Shown here piece after piece: positions 47,268 to 54,273 of a stretch of DNA of 54,273 bases. The notes below the pieces were generated by a model, which made no database searches, was not told the DNA's origin, and saw only the letters and a program-made list of their open reading frames with translations. How positions within the stretch are numbered: the first letter of the stretch is position 1; each line of letters opens with the position of its first letter. The DNA is from an uncultured Candidatus Saccharibacteria bacterium. GTDB lineage: Bacteria; Patescibacteriota; Minisyncoccia; Phycocordibacterales; CAIZLB01. The stretch lies in the NCBI GenBank assembly GCA_964417855.1, contig CAYQJB010000001.1:358709-412981 (forward strand), written 5' to 3'. The translations under genes were made by a program, and so were the position numbers.

Positions 47268-50200
47268 AAATTCATAAACAGAGCTCGCAATAAAAAAAAT
47301 ATATTCCTACTCGGGATATTTTTTATGTTTGCAATAGTTCTAATCCCCAGCGTTTCAGAAGCATCAATGTTGCTTCCTAAAGATATTGGAACTGGAGCAA
47401 CTGGAGAAATCAATACTTGTGGCGAATTGATTTCTGGTGAATATACACTAACTTCAAATGTTACAGCAGAAGGTACATCCTCTTGTTTTATCATCAGTGG
47501 AGATAATGTGAAAATAAACGGCGGAGCGTTTACAATATCGGGAACAGGAGAAGTTGCGATTGATGCAAGAGTACGAGATGTTGTTGCAACAAGTTCTCTT
47601 GTAAAAGGTGCAAATGGATATACAAACATAATTATCAACGACCTTAACATCACAGGTTTTACTGTAGGTATTAATGCAAGTGGTAATAGTGATGACGGTG
47701 TCATTGGAGTAGATGAATCACCAAGATCGGGGAACGGTGGAACTGGAGGTGATGTCTTAATATCATACTCGTCAATAGGTAGTATTTTTACAAATGGAGG
47801 TGATAGTACGACAGCCTCTGCTGGCGCAGGAGGAAGTCTTTATGTATTGGACACGGATTTAGATATTTCAAATAGAACAATATCTCTTTTAGGGGGTACA
47901 GGGACAAACGGAAAGGAACCTGATGGAGGTTTGACTCTCAAGTACACTGGCGCACTAACAAAGACAAATCTTACCCTAAGTTCCCTGAACTTCTTCAATA
48001 TATTTATTAGTAACGATACCCAAACTCCAACCACATCTTTTGGAATATATGCTGGAGGTACCTGGCCAATTTTACCAGGGGCAGTGTCCTCTTGTGGAAC
48101 CCTGCTTGGGCCTGGAATATTCACACTGTCAGGAAATGTAACTTCTACCTCATCTACTTGTTTTTTGATTTCTTCAAATAATGTAACAATCGACGGCGTT
48201 GGACATTCTGTCATTGCAAGTGATGCTTCTACTACTGCGTACGCAATAGTGGCGGGGAATTATGATTCAACAACAATTGCTTCAACTACAGTTTTGGGGT
48301 TTGTAAAATACATTAACTCAAGTAGTTCAGTTACAATTTCGGGTGGTAATGTCGATCTATCAAATAAATACATAAAAGCTGATACCCTTACTGTTTTGGC
48401 AGGGACTCTTGATGTTACAAATACAATTTTTGCAGTACGTATTTTAAATCTTAACTACGGCGCTTCAATTACAGGGGACTCTACAGCAACCACAGAAGGT
48501 CCTACTTCTCTCAAAATAAATAATTTTGATTACGGATTAAAGAATACGGAGTCTTTAGTTACTAATGGTTGGGTAGCTAGAAGTTCGGTAAAAAATTGGT
48601 ACTCAATTACTTCGTCTTTAGATGGAAAAAAACTAGCGGCTGTTGAATACGGAGGTTACATTTACACCTCCACGGACTCTGGTCTAACTTGGGCTTCGAA
48701 TAATAATTCATCAGGAAGTCATAACTGGTCTTCGATTACGTCTGATGCCTCTGGAACAAAACTCGCTGCTACTGAATTTAGTGGTTATGTCTATACCTCA
48801 ACAGACTCAGGCCTAACATGGTCTTCACATAATAATAACAATAATTCTAGCCCTAAATCTTGGACTTCAATAACATCCTCAATTGACGGAACAAAACTAG
48901 CGGCTGTTGAATACGGAGGTTACATTTACACCTCCATGGACTCTGGTCTAACTTGGTCTAGTCGTGCAAGTGATTATCCAACAAGAGATTGGGTGTCAAT
49001 CACCTCATCTACCGATGGTTCAAAACTTGCTGCTGTTGAAAGTAATGGCTCTCTTTATTTTTCTGCAGACTCTGGTCTGACATGGTCTACAAATAATGAG
49101 TCTTCTGGTATTAGACATTGGACTTCAATAGCTTCATCTGCTGATGGTTTAAAATTGGTTGCAGCTGGATTAGAGCCTGTTGCAGGTAATTATACAGGAT
49201 ACATTTACACTTCAACAGACTCAGGCCTAACATGGTCTACAAATAATAATTCTTCTGGATTACACAAATGGCTTTCTGTAACTTCTGACTCATCTGGTGC
49301 AAAGCTTGTTGCTGTGGAAGAAGATGGTTATAGATATACTTCCATAGACTCTGGTCTAACATGGTCTGCAAGTAGTGATTTTGCATCATCAACTCGTGCT
49401 ACTTTGAGTTCATCATTAGACGGATCAAAAGTGGTGGAGGCTGTATATGGTAAAAATATTTACACACACACCGTAGTTCATCCAGACTTTTCAATAAATA
49501 TTTTAACTCCTAATGCTGGAGATAACATTCAGTACTGGCAGTCACCATATATACTATGGGGATCAGCACAAACCTGTTATTATTCATATGATAATTTTTT
49601 ATCAAGTAATAGCGTAAATTGTTTACTTAACGGATCTGATATTCTCAAACCTGCAAGTGCGGGAGATAAAACTTTGTATGTTAGGGGTGTGGATAATCTA
49701 GGTGTTGTAATAAATCGACAGGTAAACTTTCATTATAATAATAAGGATATATTAATTAATGAACCTGCTTTAAGTTCTGAAAAATCAGCTACAATATGGT
49801 TTCCAAACATTAATTACAGTATTTCAAATAAAAGCCTTAAATCATGTTCTTATTCATATAATAATTTTGCTTCAACTACATCCTCAGATTGTTCATTGAA
49901 TGGTTCAGATATTTTACCTCCTACTTCACACGGTTCCAGTACTTTATATATTAAAACTGTTGACCAAAATGATAATGAAAGTTTGGAAAATGTACAGTTT
50001 ATGTATTATTTTGGTTATAGTACAAATATTTCTGCCGATTTTAGCTATTGGAATTCTGTTGCTACATCCTTGGATGGAACAAGGATTGCGGCGATTAGTG
50101 CGGGACTTTACATAAGAATTTCCTCTGACTCTGGGTTGACGTGGAAAAATATTGATGGAAGTAATGGGACAACTAATATGAATGGTCGTGGTTGGTCTAA

Positions 50201-53200
50201 AATTACAGAGTCTTCTGATGGCCAAAAGTTAGCTGTAATTGAAAATAATAATGGTAGTTCTGAAAATGGTTATATATGGACCTCTGCTGACTATGGACAA
50301 ACATGGGTGAAAACCTCCGCAGGTCCACGTAATTGGCAATCAATTGCTTACGACGCACAGGGAGATAAAATTATAGCCAGCACCAATCCAACAAATATAA
50401 ATAATTATTATTTACAATATGTTGGGGCTGGTAATGGACCGTATAATTCGAACGGAGATTATGTTGGGGCTTACGCTTATATGAATTATCTATCTTATGT
50501 AGGTGGTGGCTATGGAGATTTTGACTCATCTGGAAACTATGTTGGATATGGATACTATAGTAGCCAACTTTCTTATGTGGGAGAGAGTGGTCCGTATGAC
50601 TACCAAGGAAATTATATTGGATACGGTGGCATATATAGCTTTGTTGGTTTGGGAGCTGGAGGAGAGTACGATTCATCAGGGGCTTATGTTGGTCCTGATA
50701 CGGGAGACTATGTTTATGTTCCCGCAAACTATAACTATGTGGATGTCTGGGTGCCAGGTGGTGATTACGTAATGTATGGAGATTATTTTGCCGTAGGTGA
50801 TTATGACTATTTTAGTTACAGTGATTATTACGGACCATCAATCTTTGTTTCAACAGACAGTGGTTCGTCATGGACTGAAAATAATACGCTGAGTTCGATG
50901 GATAACTATAGTGGTGTGGCGTTGTCCTCTGATGGACAATTTATGTCGGTAACATCTTCAGGTGGTTATATATGGACCTCAAATGATTATGGGTCAACAT
51001 GGCGTCCTGCTGATGGAAATTCTGGAGGTGCTAATAGTATGTCTGGGAGTAGTTGGGGACAAATAGCCCTTTCTTCAGATGGCTCAATACAGGTTGCAGT
51101 TCCTATGTATGGTGGTTATATCTATGTATCTACAGATTTTGGTATAACATGGATGATGGCAGATGGGTTAAACGGAACGACGGATACGTCTGGACATGAA
51201 TGGAGTTCTGTAACTTCTGACGCTTCTGGAAAAGAAATTACAGCGATAGATTCCCTTAGTGGTTATATTTATTCGTCGCATGACTTTGGTCATACCTGGT
51301 CTGCCGACGGGGGTTCTTCAGGAAAAAAGAACTGGCAGTCTATCGCTTCTTCAGCTGATGGTAAAAAGATTATTGCAGGCACTAACGGTGGTTATATATA
51401 TATACTTGATAAAAGTTCGTCATATGATCCGTCTCTTGTAATTAAAAACCCTATTTCAGACTCTCTTGTGAATAGCTCTAGCTGGACCCCTTCCGTTTTT
51501 TGGGGTTTCAGGAAGACCTTGTGTCAATATTCGTATAATTATTTCGCCTCTACGACAAACGCAGACTGTTCTTTGGGTGGTTCAGACATATTGCCTCCAC
51601 CAACATTGAATTCGAACACTTTGATGGTTAGGACGTACGATTCTTCTAATAATACAAATGTGGTGAAGGCAGCGTTTAATTATTATATTTCAAGCGTCTG
51701 GACATCAAGAGGCTCTGTTGGTTCATGGAGGTCCATTGCCACCTCCGCCGATGGAAAAAAACTAGCGGCATTACAAAATTTTTCTAATCTCGTTTATATC
51801 TCGACAGACTCAGGAATAACTTGGAGTACCGCTGGTCCATATAAGAATTGGGGTTATGTGACAATGTCTGCGGATGGAACAAAAATGGCCGCTACTACTA
51901 TTACCGATGGTTATATCTATACTTCAGCAGACTCTGGTCTGACATGGTCTTCAAATAAAAACTCTTCAGGAGCAGGATCAAATAGGTGGTCAGGCATTGC
52001 CTCCTCCGCTGACGGAACAAAACTTGTTGCGTCTGTAGATGATGGTTGGATTTATACATCAACAGACTCTGGTCTAACATGGTCTACAAATGAAAATTCT
52101 TCAGGTGATAGACGCTACTGGGTAGGCGTTAGTTCTTCAGCTGATGGAACAAAACTTGCAGCTGTTGATGCAAGATTTGACGGTCGTATTTGGATCTCTT
52201 CTGATGCAGGTCTTCATTGGGTACTTAGTAATTCTTCACCGTCAGACTATTGGACTTCAATAGCTTCATCTGCTGATGGAACAAAACTTGTTGCTGCTAT
52301 GCGTTGGGGTTATATTTATACTTCCACAAACTCTGGTGTTCAGTGGTCTTCACATGCTGGCTCCTCAGGCTATCGTCAGTGGAAAAGCGTTGTCTCTTCA
52401 GCTGATGGGATGAATATTGCCGCTACTGCTACTGGAGGATATATTTATATTTCTAATGATGGGGGAGCTACATGGAGCTTGCAAGAATCATCTAGGAGTT
52501 GGTCTGGTGTTTCTATTTCTGCTGATGGAACAAAATTTGCCGCCCTTGCAGAAGGTACAAATATCCTTACATACCAAAGACCCTCTCTCGTGCTTGCTGT
52601 TGACGTACTCCTTCCACAAGCTAGTAATAGTTCGGTCTGGAATTCTATAGTGTCATGGGGAACAGCTAAGTCTTGTTATTATTCATATAATAATTTTACT
52701 TCTACCTCAACAGCAAATTGTTCACTATTAGGATCTGATATTTTACCTCCATCTACTTCTGGAACAAGTACTTTGTACATAAAAGGTGTGGACGCTGGAA
52801 GTACTGTAAAAACAAACTCAGTTACATTTTCATATTCTCCATATTACTGGTGTGGAACTGCTGATTCAATTTGGGCTAACCCAAATAACTGGTACACCAG
52901 TAGTAGTTGTTCTATACGTATCGGCGGAATTCCAGGTCCAAAAAACACTGCAATGCTTGTTGGAAGTATTTCTCCTATAATTAGCAACTCCGCAACTCCA
53001 CTTCCTGCTGTGATAAACTCAACTGGACTGACGGGTGCAGCTAATACACCCGGCGTGGTTTTTTCAGGAAATGCATTTAATACAGCTAAAATAGTTGGTA
53101 ACGCTACATTCAATAGTACTTCATATAACATGGGAGCAGTAAATGGTAATGCAATATTCAATGCGGCCTCAGCCGGTGCATACAATCTTACCGGTTCAAT

Positions 53201-54272
53201 GAAATGGGGAGGAACAGTTTCAGGTTCAATTAAAGGATCCGACGGAATTGATATTATTCACTTAATATTCAATAATTCTTCGACAAACGAAACTACAATT
53301 GAAAATAATATATCCGCTGTATTTAATAATGCCGCATCAAACAATGGAGTAATTAATGGTAATGTAACATTTAATAACAACTCACCGTTCCGTATGGGTA
53401 CAGTAAATGGTACATCAACTCTTAACGGAATGAGTCAAACATTAAATGGAATAAATAATGTACTTAACTTCTTTAAACAAGTTGTGGGTTCTGTTCGCGA
53501 TACTTTGTATTTTGCATCAGGTTCCACACTTAATGTATCAGGTCTGACAACAATTCTTGGAGGAGATGCAAATAGTTTGCTTACATTAAGATCTACAACT
53601 CCAGGAAGTTCAGCAAATATTAGTTTGGGCGCATCTTCAACTTTGAATTACTTACGTATTAAAGATATACACAACACTGGGGTCAATGTAAATGTATCAA
53701 GTCTTACAGTTTATGACGATGGAGGAAACTCCGGTATTACTTTCCCAGTTAATTCATCGATAAGTCAAAGAGGTGGAATCACATCAAGTTATACTCCACC
53801 ATCAATTCCTGTTTCTCACCAACCATACATTCCACCTGTTGTACCCCCAGTAGTTCCACCGATAAATAATAACCCAGCAAATGCCAACGCAGGAGGAGGT
53901 TCAATGTTCTTTGGAAACATAAACGCAACTAACGTAGGAAAGCTTAATCTTGGAAATATCCCCACAGTTAACTTCGGCGGAATTGGAAACAATTTTGGAG
54001 TTTCAACCTTTGTGAACCCTCTTGCGGATTTATTGCAATTGAAGCCGATGGGTACATTCGCACCGCTTCCAAAACTTGACTGGTCAATCAATGTTGACAA
54101 CTTCCTAAACAACTCACTTCCAAAATCATTGGTTGATCTATCTGGCGCTGTTCCATCAATTAGAAAGGAACTATCATCAGCAGACATCAGAAGTGGATAT
54201 GACTTGTATTCAATGAAAGAAAGTCCAATTGATACTCCAACATTGTCTGATCTTGCAAAAGACAAAACAAAA
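47268..54272 (+). CDS. giant secreted beta-helix / BNR(Asp-box)-repeat surface protein, 3'-truncated by the window edge
   Basis: my manual translation from the ATG at 47268 found no in-frame stop through 54272 (at least 2335 codons); absent from the ORF track presumably because it has no stop; signal peptide MQNKFINRARNKKNIFLLGIFFMFAIVLIPSVSEA; N-terminal parallel beta-helix-like repeats; at least 20 repeats of W.SI.SS.DG.KLAAVE.GGYIYTSTDSGLTWS (S-x-D-x-G-x-T-W Asp-box); four Cys modules; Tyr/Gly-rich segment; C-terminal Asn-rich repeats. Confidence 0.8.
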
Positions 54273-54273
54273 C

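Noticed and set aside
47246-48214. Minus-strand ORFs 47246-47704 and 47840-48214
   Set aside because: They lie antisense within the uninterrupted plus-strand giant gene that starts at 47268. The plus-strand translation shows strongly periodic protein repeats. The small plus-strand ORFs listed between 49900 and 52650 are out-of-frame pieces of the same gene.
1-54273. CRISPR arrays, integrases, transposases, IS elements
   Set aside because: I looked for short direct repeats with regular spacers and for recombinase motifs and found none. The only exact repeats are the 69-bp tandem in a CDS, the 46-nt double hairpin (two copies) and the NYN-associated mini-units.

Overview
This is an AT-rich, tightly packed bacterial chromosome segment. 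By eye the GC content is in the mid-30s per cent. The gene content and style are consistent with a reduced-genome, possibly CPR/Patescibacteria-like organism, but I cannot confirm that without searches: housekeeping genes are truncated (pheS, pheT, thrS, smc, gyrB without gyrA), there is a sortase with a giant surface protein, and Shine-Dalgarno sequences are mostly absent. TGA is used as a stop codon (30844-30846 and 42498-42500), so the standard code applies.

The window has three parts.

- Positions 1-6244 hold a minus-strand polysaccharide-biosynthesis operon: a PfkB sugar kinase, a Wzx-like flippase, a GT1 glycosyltransferase, two FkbM methyltransferases and one unknown gene.
- Positions 6245-46300 are a housekeeping core: fba, rplY, rpmE, prfA, rpsB-tsf, tRNA-Thr, pheST, gyrB, thrS, an ABC-F ATPase, dnaE, rnhB, rpmF, a nusB-Nudix fusion, rnc and smc. 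Interspersed are accessory genes: four NYN-domain (PIN-like nuclease) genes, a sortase with a VPATG substrate, a CARDB surface protein, a Bro-N/DinD-like gene, a GAF protein and a cupin-like gene.
- From 47268 to the window edge runs a single uninterrupted plus-strand reading frame of at least 2335 codons that is not in the supplied ORF track. It encodes a giant secreted protein with a beta-helix region and BNR/Asp-box repeats.

The most interesting pattern is at the four NYN genes. Each one is abutted tail-to-tail by a convergent mini transcription unit: a near-consensus sigma70 promoter (TTGACA/TTGACG, 16-18 nt spacer, TG-extended -10 in three of the four), then a 40-60 nt structured RNA ending in a hairpin and T-tract that reaches the NYN stop codon. 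Two of these units (A and B) are sequence-conserved, with compensatory changes in the terminal hairpin. I interpret this as a candidate family of cis-antisense small RNA / NYN-nuclease modules, analogous to type I toxin-antitoxin systems. This is inference from sequence only.
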